From NCBI GenBank assembly GCA_918797485.1, contig CAKKNE010000004.1, positions 3,410,001-3,474,000 on the forward strand: a stretch of DNA of 64,000 bases, read 5' to 3'. Position 1 is the stretch's first letter; every line of letters starts with the position of its first letter. Source of the DNA: Pelagomonas calceolata. Its lineage: Eukaryota. Shown here piece by piece: positions 40,722 to 50,877 of this stretch. A program made the position numbers and the translations under genes. The notes below the pieces were generated by a model. It was not told the DNA's origin, did no database searches, and saw only the letters and a list, made by a program, of their open reading frames with translations.

Positions 40722-41963
40722 CTAGGCCTGCGACCGCCGCTTGGCCGCGAGGAGCGCGTCGAGCGACGTCCGCCGCCCGTCGTCGGCCCAGCCGTCGCCG
40801 CGCGCCAGCCGGGCGGCGCCGCGCCAGACGAGGTCCCGTCGGGCGTCGTTGTCCGCGGGAACGACCTCCTTCCCCCCGGACAACTCGCGCCGGATGCGGC
40901 GGCCGAAGCCTCTCACGGCCGTGCCGCCGCCGGCGAGAACAATCGCCGAGGCATCGCTGGCGCGGGCAGCCGCCGCGCGCACGAGCTTGACGACCCCCGT
41001 TGGCTCGGCGAAGAGCGCCTCGACGCACTCGAAGCGAGCGCTCGATAGACCGTCCGCCGTCGCGCAAAACTCTAGTTCTTCGGCGCTCGGCAGTACGCGA
41101 GCGGGGCTTACATGACGGCAGTATGCGAGCGCGCGAACGGCTTCTTCGGCCTTGTTTAGGTCTTCTATGCCAGCACTTCGCGCGAGCGCCGCGGCCACGC
41201 CGTCGAAGCCGACGTGGCGCAGCCGCGTGTATGCGTGTGAGTGGATGTTGTGCGCGCCCTCGCGAACGGCATCTGGCACCCGACCATCGCGGTCCACGGG
41301 CACGGCGACACTCTCTGTCGCCCCGACATCAAGTACAACGCACGGAGGCGCCACGCCCGCGCCCGCGACGGCGCAGAGCGTCGCGTCCTCGATCCGCGCC
41401 CGCCGGGCGCCCGCGCTCAGGAGAGCATTTAGGGACCGCGTGCGCGACGATTCGCTGGCGAGATGGGGGGACACAACGCAGAGCGAAAGCCCCTCGATTG
41501 ATCCGAGGCCCACCGCGGCAACGGCGTCCGCGACTCGCCGCACGACGGCCGCCGCGTCTTCGCGCGGGCGCCGCGCCGCCGGCGTCTCGGACTTGAGATT
41601 TTCGAATCGTTTCGCTCGATCCGCCGCGATAGCCGTCGGAACTGGCAGGCGCGCCGGCGCTCGCGCCCACGCGAGGCCGACGCGATCCCCCGTGGCACCC
41701 AGCTCCACGACGACGATGCCTGCGGTCCGTGCCCGCCACACCAGGTAACGAGCGGGGTTCCACTCGTTTGTGTCTTCGGCCCCGGCCGCGCCGCGCCAGG
41801 CGGCCGAGCAGCCCTCGGTGCTTTTCGCCCACGTGCGCTCGACGCGACAGGCGCGGAGCAATGCATGTCCGTCGAGATACTCCAGGACTTGGTTGAATAC
41901 GTCGTCTGGCAGCCCAAGGGGCAGCCCGGTGGTGCTCTCCGTAGAGTTGGGGGCCGTCTCCAT
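40722..41963 (-). CDS. F-box plus actin-related domain protein
   Basis: LPDDVFNQVLEYLD..ACRVERTW; VVLDVGA, RFECVEALF, IVLAGG, VWRGAA. Confidence 0.75.
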   Translation of the reverse strand: METAPNSTESTTGLPLGLPDDVFNQVLEYLDGHALLRACRVERTWAKSTEGCSAAWRGAAGAEDTNEWNPARYLVWRARTAGIVVVELGATGDRVGLAWARAPARLPVPTAIAADRAKRFENLKSETPAARRPREDAAAVVRRVADAVAAVGLGSIEGLSLCVVSPHLASESSRTRSLNALLSAGARRARIEDATLCAVAGAGVAPPCVVLDVGATESVAVPVDRDGRVPDAVREGAHNIHSHAYTRLRHVGFDGVAAALARSAGIEDLNKAEEAVRALAYCRHVSPARVLPSAEELEFCATADGLSSARFECVEALFAEPTGVVKLVRAAAARASDASAIVLAGGGTAVRGFGRRIRRELSGGKEVVPADNDARRDLVWRGAARLARGDGWADDGRRTSLDALLAAKRRSQA

Positions 41964-42019
41964 GATCTAAACCACTGGGGCGGACGAGAATCGACACGGC
42001 CGGCCCGAGAGCATTTTTG

Positions 42020-42041
42020 CTAGAGTCTTACATGCCGCTAG
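42020..42041 (+). promoter_or_regulatory. CTAG-N14-CTAG upstream motif
   Basis: CTAGAGTCTTACATGCCGCTAG in a head-to-head gap. Confidence 0.65.
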
Positions 42042-42165
42042 CCTGTCCTTGCTCTCTTGCCAAAAAAGGGTGTGTTTTGCTATATCTGCAAGGGTTGTGA
42101 GCAGCACACCTAGGCAGCAACTGAATCTAGTCACTGCATCGCTAAGCCACTAGACATTGGGTAGC

Positions 42166-42981
42166 ATGGCTCTCAGCGCAGCCCAGCTCTTCTCCGTCAC
42201 CGGCCGCCGCGTGCTCGTGACCGGCGGCGGCTCGGGCATTGGGGCCATGGTGGCCGAGGGCTTCGCGGCGAACGGCGCGCGCGTCACGATCGCGTCGCGC
42301 AACGAGAAGGCGCTGGAGGAGACGGCGGCGCGCATCCGCGAAAGCACGGGCGGCGAAATAGATATAGCGGTCGCGGACCTCGCGTCGCGCGAGGGCTGCG
42401 AGGCCCTCGCGAAAGATTTCGGAGACCCGCTCGACGTCCTCGTGAACAACAGCGGGACGAGCTGGGGCGAACCGATAGAACGGGAGTCGGGCCGCGCGAA
42501 CTGGGGCTGGGACAAGGTGTTGGATTTGAACGTCAAGGCCCCGTTCTACCTGACGCGCGCGCTCCTGCCGGCGCTGCGCGCCGCGGCGAAGGACGGGGAC
42601 CCCGCGCGCGTCGTCAACGTCGGCTCGGTCGCGGGCGTGGCGCACCAGCCGACGCCGACGCACGCGTACGACGCGTCGAAGGCGGCGCTGCACCACCTGA
42701 CGCGCAAGTTCGCGAGCGAGCTCGCGCCCGACCTCACGGTCAACGCCGTCGCGCCCGGCTTCGTGCCGTCGCGCATGTCGCGCGGCCTCGCGACGTGGGG
42801 GTTGGATTTTGAGAGAATTGCGTCCCGCGTGCCGCTCGGGCGCGTCGGCGGAGCGCCGGACATGGCGGGCGTCTGCCTCTTCCTCGCGTCGCCCGCGGCG
42901 GCCTGGATCTCGGGCGCGATCGTCCCCGTCGACGGCGGCCACCTCGCGCGGGGGCTGGACCTGCCGGCCGGGGAGGACTGA
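42166..42981 (+). CDS. Short-chain dehydrogenase/reductase
   Basis: TGGGSGIG, LVNNSG, YDASK, VNAVAPG, PVDGG. Confidence 0.92.
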   Translation: MALSAAQLFSVTGRRVLVTGGGSGIGAMVAEGFAANGARVTIASRNEKALEETAARIRESTGGEIDIAVADLASREGCEALAKDFGDPLDVLVNNSGTSWGEPIERESGRANWGWDKVLDLNVKAPFYLTRALLPALRAAAKDGDPARVVNVGSVAGVAHQPTPTHAYDASKAALHHLTRKFASELAPDLTVNAVAPGFVPSRMSRGLATWGLDFERIASRVPLGRVGGAPDMAGVCLFLASPAAAWISGAIVPVDGGHLARGLDLPAGED

Positions 42982-43025
42982 CTAAGTTGCGTCGTTGTGA
43001 GGACGTTTCTTCGAAGCATGGCTTG

Positions 43026-43047
43026 CTAGTGTCTTACGGGTCGCTAG
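43026..43047 (+). promoter_or_regulatory. CTAG-N14-CTAG upstream motif
   Basis: CTAGTGTCTTACGGGTCGCTAG about 93 nt before the ATG at 43140. Confidence 0.7.
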
Positions 43048-43139
43048 CTAGCTGTCGCGGCGCCTCCCACAGCGCAGCGCGTGGGCGTCCAGGCAGTTAG
43101 CATTCGAACTAGCACTCGCTGACGTGCATAAATTAGACC

Positions 43140-43850
43140 ATGGCAAACGACGAGCCAGCATCAGCACCAATGCCTCCGCCGCCACCACCAGAGGTCGAAG
43201 ACGTCCCGACGGACGACGACTCGGCGCCGACAGCGACGTCGCTCGAGCGCCGGGCCACCGCGGCCTTCCGCAAAGGACGGTTTAGCCGAGCCCACGACCT
43301 CTACACGGCCGCGCTCGAGCTCGAGGGCGGCTCCGCGGAGGACGCCGCCGCGAAATGGCTTGCGCTCGGCAACCGCGCGGCCTGCCTCCTGCGGCTCGAG
43401 CGGCCGCGCGAGGCGGAGGCCGACTGCAGGGAGGCGCTGAAGCAGCGCGCGCCGGCGAACCTTTTGGCGCTCTGCGCTGTGGCGTGCATGCGCCAGCCCG
43501 GCGAGGCGCACCTGATGGCGGCCTTCGCGTGCTGCGTCGAGGCGCTGTACGTGGAGCCGCAGAACGCCGCGGCGCGGCGCGTGCTCGCCGACGTGCGAAA
43601 GGCGCCCGGCGGCCGCCTGCTCCGGCCCGAAGACGCTGCGCGAGAGCGCCTCGAGCAACGCATGCTCCGACGGGGGGAATCGGGGCGCATCGGCTACGCG
43701 CTCGCCTACTTCGACGCCCTCGAGCGCCTCGCGCCCGAGGACGCCGTCGCGCACCTCCGCGTCCAGAGCTGCTGGCGCTCGGCGCTCACGGGCCGCATCC
43801 CGGAGCCGATCCAGGCGGTGCCGACGGGTGCGCCGGCGTCGCTCGACTAG
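43140..43850 (+). CDS. TPR-repeat protein
   Basis: AFRKGRFSRAHDLYTAAL, NRAACLLRL..AEADCREAL. Confidence 0.75.
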   Translation: MANDEPASAPMPPPPPPEVEDVPTDDDSAPTATSLERRATAAFRKGRFSRAHDLYTAALELEGGSAEDAAAKWLALGNRAACLLRLERPREAEADCREALKQRAPANLLALCAVACMRQPGEAHLMAAFACCVEALYVEPQNAAARRVLADVRKAPGGRLLRPEDAARERLEQRMLRRGESGRIGYALAYFDALERLAPEDAVAHLRVQSCWRSALTGRIPEPIQAVPTGAPASLD

Positions 43851-43939
43851 TTTATTATTACGTATGCGTTTTTTATGACATGGGCGTTTTGTTAAGGTTA
43901 GGTATGCGCCGGCTCCGTTGGGTCGCCGACGGTGGCGCC

Positions 43940-44485
43940 TCAGAAGCTGAGCCGCGTGCGCTTCATGGGGCTGAGCGGCTCGTCGTCGTCCGTGGCGAAG
44001 CAGAGCTCCTTGGGGTCGGGCCGCGGCTTGACGTATTTCCGCGCCTGTATGAAATCAAAATTTTACGGCGCGTTCGTGCTGAATCTCGAGGACCCGACAC
44101 ACTGATTGATTTCCACACCGTTTCGTGCGCAACTCGAGCAGCACCAGGCGTAGAACTCCGCGCGGAGCAGATCTTTCGCCCGCTCGACGATGAAGACGTC
44201 TTGCGTCGTCGAGCAGACGACGCAGCGCGGCGAACCCGGCGGCGGTGGCGCCGCGTCGTCGTCGTCGTCGTCATCGTCAAAGAGCACCGTCCGCGTCGGG
44301 TCCGGGGCCTTAAAGGGGGCGCGCACGGGCGCGTCGTTCGCGGGCGCCTCATCGTCGCTCGACGAGTCGCCACCCGCCGTCGGCGGCCGCGCCGGCGCTT
44401 TGCCGCCCGGCCGTCGCCGAGTCGGCCGCTCGACGGGGCGCGCGGTCTGCGAAGAGTTGCGTTTTTGCCCTTTGCGGCGCGGCAT
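43940..44485 (-). CDS. Small protein with a CxxC..CxxC putative zinc finger; exons 44485-44129 and 44044-43940
   Basis: The ORF is interrupted by an introner containing a stop; its removal gives SC|ARKYVKP..RLSF*. Confidence 0.6.
44045..44128 (-). mobile_element. Introner family A, 84-nt GC-AG intron
   Basis: TIRs CGGTGTGGAAATCAA / TTGATTTCATACAG; TSD GCACGAAA / GCGCGGAA. Confidence 0.8.
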
Positions 44486-44788
44486 CGTAACGATCAGTAT
44501 CGTTTTGTTTTGAACCGAGTCTAAAAACTGACCGCCGGCCGGCGGCTTTCGATCTCGCTGGTCCCCTCTGACTCCAGAGCCTCTCACGTGCGAAACCCTG
44601 GCCCGTCTACCGCGACGGGCGCATGAAACCGGCGCCTCTGTGAAGCTGTAAAACCCGTTTTGTTCAGCGCAGGGCGCGTTCCTAGGACGTGGGACGATGG
44701 ACGAACAATGTTCAGAGGGATTACCGAGGCGATTCTGCTCAGAAAGAAGTGCTGTTACGAAAGACGAGCACGGTACCAGGACAACGCG

Positions 44789-46075
44789 TCAAGTCGGCAG
44801 GACGTTGTCCTCGATGCGCGAGATGTAGACGTAGCAGTCCGTGCCGTGGCCCTCCATGGAGAGGAGCTTGAGGTCCCCCCCAAACAGCGTCGCGTAGACC
44901 TTGGCGAGGGGCAGCGCGTGGCCCTCGTCGGACGCCGGGCTCAGCACGTCGGGTGCACCCCCCTGGAGCGATGCCGGCCCGAGCGCCTGGCAGAGCGACT
45001 GGTCCGCGAGGTCGTTCGCGACCTCCTTATAATTTCGCGACGCGGCGGAGAAGGAGAAGATGCGGTTGAGCTTGGAGCGCGGGATGCCGCCGGCCGTGTC
45101 CGAGACCTTGACCACGACGTCCGAGTTGTCGTCGGCGTCGGCGATGACGACCGTCACCTCGCCGAGGGGCTCGCCCGTCGCCGCGCTCTTCACGAACGCC
45201 GCGCGCGCCGCGTTCCGCAGCACATCCCTCAAGATCTTGTAGAGGTGCCGCGGCAGGAACGGGATGGTCGCGCCCTCGCCGCGGCCGAAGAGCCGGAACC
45301 GCGGCAGCCGGCCCTCCGGGTTCCGCGGGCTCCGCAACACTTCCTCCTGCACGTCGGCGATGGCCTGGACGCTCACGTCGAAGGGCGACATCTCGCGGTC
45401 CACCAACCCGCAGACCGAGGGCTTCGGGTGCGCGCGCAGCTCCGCGGCCTGCGCGTCGTAGAGCGACCGCGCGCGGAGCAGCTCGTCGGGCTCGAGCACG
45501 CCGTCGCCGTCCGCATCCAAGCCGCCGAACGTCCCCCAGAGGTACGCGCTCTCGCCCTCGGACGCGAGGCGGCAGGCCCGGTGCTGGCCGAGCAGCAGCC
45601 GCAGCGTCAGCCGCTTCGCGTAGAAGTCCGAGAGGAAGGCGTCGACCTCGTCGCTCGCCGCCGGCGCGCGGTGCAGCCAGCCGCCGTCGTCGAGCGCGCC
45701 GAAGACCTTGGCGCGCACGGCCCGGCCCGCCTCGCGCACCTCGTCGAGCGCGTCGCCAAATTTAGCTTCGCGCTCGAGGAACGTCGCGCTCGGCTTCCGC
45801 CGCCACGTCGCCCACTCCGGCGGCGGGCTCACCTCCGAGATCTTCGCGGCCGAGGCGCCGTACCACGCGATGAGCTCGTCGAAGGCCGGCAGGCCCGCGA
45901 GCGACGCCGGCGCGCCGTCCTCGAGGCTCACGGCCATGCGCGCGAGGAGCGGCGGCAGCACGCCGTGCAGGTACGCGCCCGCGCGGCGCCGGTCCGCGAC
46001 CTCGCCCGTGAGCTGTTCTAGTGTTACGCGGGGCGTGCGGACCTTGGCCAGCGCTCGCACGGCGGCGGAGGCCAT
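44789..46075 (-). CDS. Mitochondrial pyruvate dehydrogenase kinase-like protein with EF-hand insertion
   Basis: DFYAKRLTLRLLLGQH, KVSDTAGGIPR, LPLAKVYATLFGGDLKLLSMEGHGTD; insert DADGDGVLEPDE. Confidence 0.85.
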   Translation of the reverse strand: MASAAVRALAKVRTPRVTLEQLTGEVADRRRAGAYLHGVLPPLLARMAVSLEDGAPASLAGLPAFDELIAWYGASAAKISEVSPPPEWATWRRKPSATFLEREAKFGDALDEVREAGRAVRAKVFGALDDGGWLHRAPAASDEVDAFLSDFYAKRLTLRLLLGQHRACRLASEGESAYLWGTFGGLDADGDGVLEPDELLRARSLYDAQAAELRAHPKPSVCGLVDREMSPFDVSVQAIADVQEEVLRSPRNPEGRLPRFRLFGRGEGATIPFLPRHLYKILRDVLRNAARAAFVKSAATGEPLGEVTVVIADADDNSDVVVKVSDTAGGIPRSKLNRIFSFSAASRNYKEVANDLADQSLCQALGPASLQGGAPDVLSPASDEGHALPLAKVYATLFGGDLKLLSMEGHGTDCYVYISRIEDNVLPT

Positions 46076-46205
46076 TCTAGCTTTCCTCTCCGGCTGCCTG
46101 GCTTTTGGACGAACTAGGATTAGGCGTCCCTCGCACAAAACAAGCCTGGCCCCCTTACTGTATGGCCTCAGATTGCAAAACGCTCTCGATAATCATGCTA
46201 GCTTG

Positions 46206-46226
46206 CTAGCGTCGTAGAGATACTAG
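46206..46226 (-). promoter_or_regulatory. CTAG-N13-CTAG motif variant
   Basis: Reverse complement reads CTAGTATCTCTACGACGCTAG, in a head-to-head gap. Confidence 0.55.
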
Positions 46227-46430
46227 CAATCACTGGCCTACATCGCACGCCGATACGAGACGTACAGCAAGTCACATTTCGTGATTCGTGTCACGTCGTG
46301 TAGCCCTGTCACTGTAGCTGACGCTAGGAGCCGCCCCACCGTGCGCGCCCCAGCTAGGAGCCGCCCCAGCCTAAGAGCCAGCCGCCGCACCGCGCGCGCC
46401 CCACAAGACATTGCCTAAATCAGCACACAA

Positions 46431-46688
46431 ATGTCGGCGATCTTCAACTTCTCGTCGTTGGTCGTCGTGCTGCTCCTCTTCGTGTGCACGACCGCCTACC
46501 TTCGCGCGCTGCGGCCGACGATCTTCGACGGCCACCTGACGGCCGAGGACCTCGCGGACCCGCAGTCCCACCGGCGGCGGACGGGCGTGCGGGGCTTCTG
46601 CTGGCGGGCCTCGCGCGTCGGCGAGCGCGCGTCGCCCTACGTCGCCGTCTCGCTCGCGGCCATGGCCGTGCACATCATGGTCGCGTGA
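46431..46688 (+). CDS. Protein kish (TMEM167 family)
   Basis: MSAIFNFSSL..LLLFVCTTAYLR..RVGERASPYV. Confidence 0.92.
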   Translation: MSAIFNFSSLVVVLLLFVCTTAYLRALRPTIFDGHLTAEDLADPQSHRRRTGVRGFCWRASRVGERASPYVAVSLAAMAVHIMVA

Positions 46689-46777
46689 CCGTTTGTGCAA
46701 AAGGGGCGCTTACTGGGTAAGTCCATGTTATGTATAAAAATCCGCGAGCGAGAGAACACTCATAAAGGCAAACACAC

Positions 46778-47864
46778 TTACAAGAAACACCCGTCGCCGG
46801 GGCAGCGCGCGTCGGCCGCCGCGGGCCGTCCGGGCTGTCGTGGGAGCCGCGCCGCGACGGACGGGTCGACGGCGAGCGACCGCGCCTCGGCGGCGGCGCA
46901 CTGGCGGCGGATCTCGTCGAGCACGTCGGCGTCGTGGCAGCGCCAGAGGTTGAGCGTCAGCGCGCCGCGCGCGGCCGCGGACGAGAAGCGCTGGAGCAGC
47001 GCGGCCGCGGCGTGGCGCCGCGGCACGGGCTCGTGGTTGAGGCCGACGAGGACGTCGCCGGGCCGGACGTGGAGCCGCGCCGCGCGGCCGCCGACGGCCG
47101 CCGCCGCGAACGCGCCGTCGAGCGCGGCGCGCCCGGGAAACGCGACGCGCGCCCACGTCACGCCGGCCGCGCCCGCGCCGCAGTGGACCTGTGTGGAAAT
47201 CAACCAGTGAGTTAGGTTATCGAACCTCCACGCGCGGTCACGGGGACAACGTCGCGTCGATGGCCTGGAAACTCCACGCCATCGAGCAGGGCAGCTACGG
47301 AGACAGCATCGCGTCGATGGCGTGGGGCGCCCGAAGTGTGATTTCCGCACAGCAGTGGACGCAGAGCTCGCCGCCGGCGGGCGCGCCGCCGCCGGCCGCC
47401 GCGCGCCCGCGCCAGAGGAGCGCGTCGACGGCCGCGAGCGCGTACTTGGGGTTCGACCGCACGAGGTCCTGCAGCTCCTCGGCCGAGGCGCCGCGCGGCA
47501 GCGGCTTCCCGTTGATGGCCACGAGCACGTCGCCGGCCGCGACGCCGGGCGCGCGAGCCGCCGCTCGCACCGCCGCGACCTCGATGCGCCGCGCCGCGCG
47601 CGGCTCGTTGCGCAGCGCCACAGCGGCGCCGAAGACGCCCGGCGCGAGCCGCGCGCGCCGCAGGCTCGCGAGCCCGTTCTCGGCGACGACCGCCGCCGCC
47701 GCGGCGCCGCCGCCGCCGCGCGCGACCGCCGCGGCCCGCGCCGCCGCCGCGCCGCCGCTGCCCAGCGATGCGTCCGAGTCGTCGTCAGAATCGTCGGCGC
47801 TGCTGCTCTCGGCAGGCTCTTCCTCCGCGTAGACGACGTCCAGCCCGCCGAGGAGCTGCGCCAT
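46778..47864 (-). CDS. Protein with two PDZ-like segments; exons 47864-47361 and 47188-46778
   Basis: VAAGDVLVAINGKPL and VRPGDVLVGLNHEPV; frame restored by introner removal. Confidence 0.6.
47189..47360 (-). mobile_element. Introner family A (172-nt GT-AG intron), element antisense to host
   Basis: TIRs CTGTGTGGAAATCA / TGATTTCCGCACAG (47189-47352); perfect TSD CAGTGGAC at 47181-47188 and 47353-47360. Confidence 0.92.
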
Positions 47865-48462
47865 CGCTCGGTCCCAACGCGAGGCAGCCCTTCCTGTGCC
47901 GTGCAAGGCGTCGAGGCCTGCGTGCCGTGTAGGCCTGGGGGCAGCCAGATGGGCAGCCGCAGGCGCCGCGTGCGGGTATCTTACGTAGGCCAGCCTCTCG
48001 GAGGTCTATAGTAGGGGCCTACAGACCTCTTGGTGCCCGTGTCATCTGCCCGTGCCTCCCGCGGCGCGAGTGTCGGGTTCGCAACGGAGCCGGCACAAAG
48101 CTGTGCGCGCGGTGGTATTATTGCGAGAGGACACTCGTCGTGCTAGCCTAGGCACCGGAGAACACTCTCCCAGTACAACACCTTCGTTCCCGTCGCCGGA
48201 ACTGCTGCCCCATCCCATTGTTTCACACAGCAGGCTGCCCGAGTCTCGACGGCCGAGGCGCCTTCCATGTGTCGAGCGCTCGGCCGCGCGCGCGAGCCGG
48301 CACGCGCGTCGTGCGCGTCGCGGCGACGCCGTCGAGCCAATGACAGATCCGCACGCGCGGCGCGTCATGCGTCGCGGCGACGCCGTCGAGCCAATATCAA
48401 TTCCACGCAACGGCGCGGCGAGCGCGGGCCGAACTCACTCCGCGCGCAGGCGTCCCCGCGCG

Positions 48463-48639
48463 ATGGCGAGCGCGTACCAGAAGGAGTTCGTGATGCCCGA
48501 GGAGTTCCCGGCGACGCTCCGCGACTTCACGCGCGAGGTGCTGCGCGACCAGCCCGAGGACGTGGCCAAGTACGGCTACGAGTACTTCCTGAAGAAGATG
48601 GAGGAGGCCAAGGCGAAGGCGGAGGGCTACGCGACGTAG
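48463..48639 (+). CDS. Small RIIa (PKA R-subunit docking/dimerisation) domain protein
   Basis: MPEEFPATLRDFTREVLRDQPEDVAKYGYEYF. Confidence 0.8.
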   Translation: MASAYQKEFVMPEEFPATLRDFTREVLRDQPEDVAKYGYEYFLKKMEEAKAKAEGYAT

Positions 48640-48796
48640 CGAGCGCGGGGGGCGCGTACGTTTTGTCTTTTTCTAGCTACGAACTTGAAATAATCCATAG
48701 GACTTCACGGTGATCAGAGCGGGAATTAAGCTCTGAACTTCACTATTCGGGGGTCAGTCGGAGAGGTTTCTTTTCAAAAGCCATCCGCCTAGGCCT

Positions 48797-48816
48797 GTAT
48801 ACATGTATACTATGTG

Positions 48817-48849
<33 letters not shown>

Positions 48850-48850
48850 A
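48797..48850. repeat. (TA)n microsatellite
   Basis: TGTATACATGTATACTATG..TATATATATATA run. Confidence 0.9.
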
Positions 48851-48901
48851 CGGATTCCTAGTGTGTCGATACGCTAGATCACTAGGTCTTGCGGCTCGCC
48901 A

Positions 48902-49716
48902 AAATACACCAGCGATTGACGGTGCCTTCTAACGTCCAAATGGTACATCATATCAACTCCAGCCCAGTTTTCATCCACACTCGACGGAACCGGAGCCGAC
49001 GGCCCGCGCTCGGAGGGCGGGAGAAGAGTTTTACTAGACAACTCCCGAGTTTATGTTCGTTTCCTTCCGTTTGTTGATGGTAGAGTCCATCTAGCCCGTT
49101 TGAACATGCACCTATGTGAATGAAGTCATCCGTTAGAGCCGCGCGATTCGACGACTGCTGGCCCCCACGTTTATACCTAGACAAGCCCAGAAACCAAACC
49201 TGCGAGTATCAGCGACGCCACCATCCAGATGGACCATAACGCCGTTGTTCTATTCACAATCGACCGACTTGCCCGTTCTCCGCGGGCGACGGTGCGGAGA
49301 CGGAGCACCAAAAAGGCCCCAGCCCGGTGGTTTATAAAATAAATTTGCGTTTCAGGCGCTTCGGTTACGGGACGGGCCAGCTAACCGGCTTGATTGTGTA
49401 CTACATTGCTCCGAGACCCGAAGATGCTCGGCGCGGGTCGTCGGGCTCGCGACCCCACGATCGATCGTAAATGGGCGAATTGCTTGAACCTGCGACCATC
49501 AGCCCGTGTACCTTCACCATGGACCATAACGCGATCATTTGTTTCATGACCGACGGACTTATGCGAGGTCCAGATAAAGATGTTCACGTCCCGAGCGTGG
49601 GCAGCCAAAAGTACCCTTCTTATAATGTAGATGGCATATACTCGTATTTGACTATCGGTGGGGTAGTATGGGACCCGACGAAACCGCTACGGCGACTACT
49701 GGGGGGCCTCGGGTAA
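48902..49716 (+). pseudogene. Low-GC decayed ORF with an internal protein repeat
   Basis: PASISDATIQMDHNAVV and PATISPCTFTMDHNAII repeats separated by stops and a frameshift. Confidence 0.4.
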
Positions 49717-50186
49717 TTGACGTTTTTCACGGGAACGGGGCGCCATCGGGCCCAAATTGCACACTTTTTTCGGGGGCTGATCGGCTCCTGGAGGTCTCTC
49801 GGGGTAGGTCTAGTTGTGGGTAAGCGCCTACGCCGCATGCGCCGATTCTTGGGGCCCTCCGAGAGCTCTGGAAGCCATTGCCAGCTATTCATGGTTTTGT
49901 GGGCCGCAGCGGTGAGAGAATTGGTCGATTATGCCCCGAGCCCGGGCGCATGCGGTGTAGCCGCTTGCGCGTGTATTTAGACGACCCTAGGCGACCCCAG
50001 AGAGGCCTCTGGACCACGGATTGACAGGATTAAACTGGCGCGGCCGCCATAGACCCTGCTGGCGGCGTCGGCCGCGAATTCATATATACTTTTTCGGCCC
50101 CCATTACGTGTCCCATTGATCTCTTTGGACCAGTAGCGAACGGAACGGTACTCAAACGGCTGCATGCCGCGTTCCGAGTTTGCTTG

Positions 50187-50209
50187 CTAGTGTCTCTACA
50201 CGCCGCTAG
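50187..50209 (+). promoter_or_regulatory. CTAG-N15-CTAG upstream motif
   Basis: CTAGTGTCTCTACACGCCGCTAG upstream of the LYR gene. Confidence 0.6.
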
Positions 50210-50454
50210 CGTGGAGTTCATGCGCCACACACGCTACGCTACGTAGCGTAGCGAGTTCTAGGCCTGCGCTGTGCCAGCAGCAGACCGCAGCTTCACGCCG
50301 GCGACGTGTGCTAGAACACTTGCACGCCTTCGACGCTGCAGACGCTGCCTCCGGCATACTGCTCTCTGCAGCTCATCACAGCGCAGCGTTGCTCAAAACG
50401 CGCTAGACTTGGAAGCAGCGATCAATAACTTGCGGCGACGACGCGACCGCACCG

Positions 50455-50763
50455 ATGTCAGGACGGGCGCAGATCCTTTCCCTCTACCGGCGGATCCTGT
50501 TCGCGGCGGCGCGCTTCCCGAGCAAGAACCGCGCGAACGTCTACGCCGAGATCCGCGACGAGTTCCGGCGCAACGCGACGCTCGCCGAACCGGAAGCCGG
50601 CGAGGCCGTCGCGCTCGCGCGCCAGTCGCTCCGCCAGCTCGAGGCCTACACGACCATGACGCGGTCCAGCGGCAACTGGGAGATCACCATGGAGAAGAAC
50701 CCCATGCCCAAGCCCCCGAGCGCCGACGCATCATCGAGTGGCGGCGCGGCGGGCGCGTCATGA
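50455..50763 (+). CDS. LYR-motif protein (Complex1_LYR family)
   Basis: QILSLYRRILFAAARFP..IRDEFRRN. Confidence 0.85.
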   Translation: MSGRAQILSLYRRILFAAARFPSKNRANVYAEIRDEFRRNATLAEPEAGEAVALARQSLRQLEAYTTMTRSSGNWEITMEKNPMPKPPSADASSSGGAAGAS

Positions 50764-50877
50764 TTGTCGGCGTCCGCCGGGGTCGTAGCGCCTCTTAACG
50801 ATACTGTGTTGTGACAGCGTTCATAGCCCGTGCAAAAGACGACGCGCATGGATGCTAGCTCGTCTTCGTTTGGCTTG

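Noticed and set aside
46323..46400. Short CTAGGAGCCGCCCC repeats before kish
   Set aside because: A local slippage duplication with no other copies seen.
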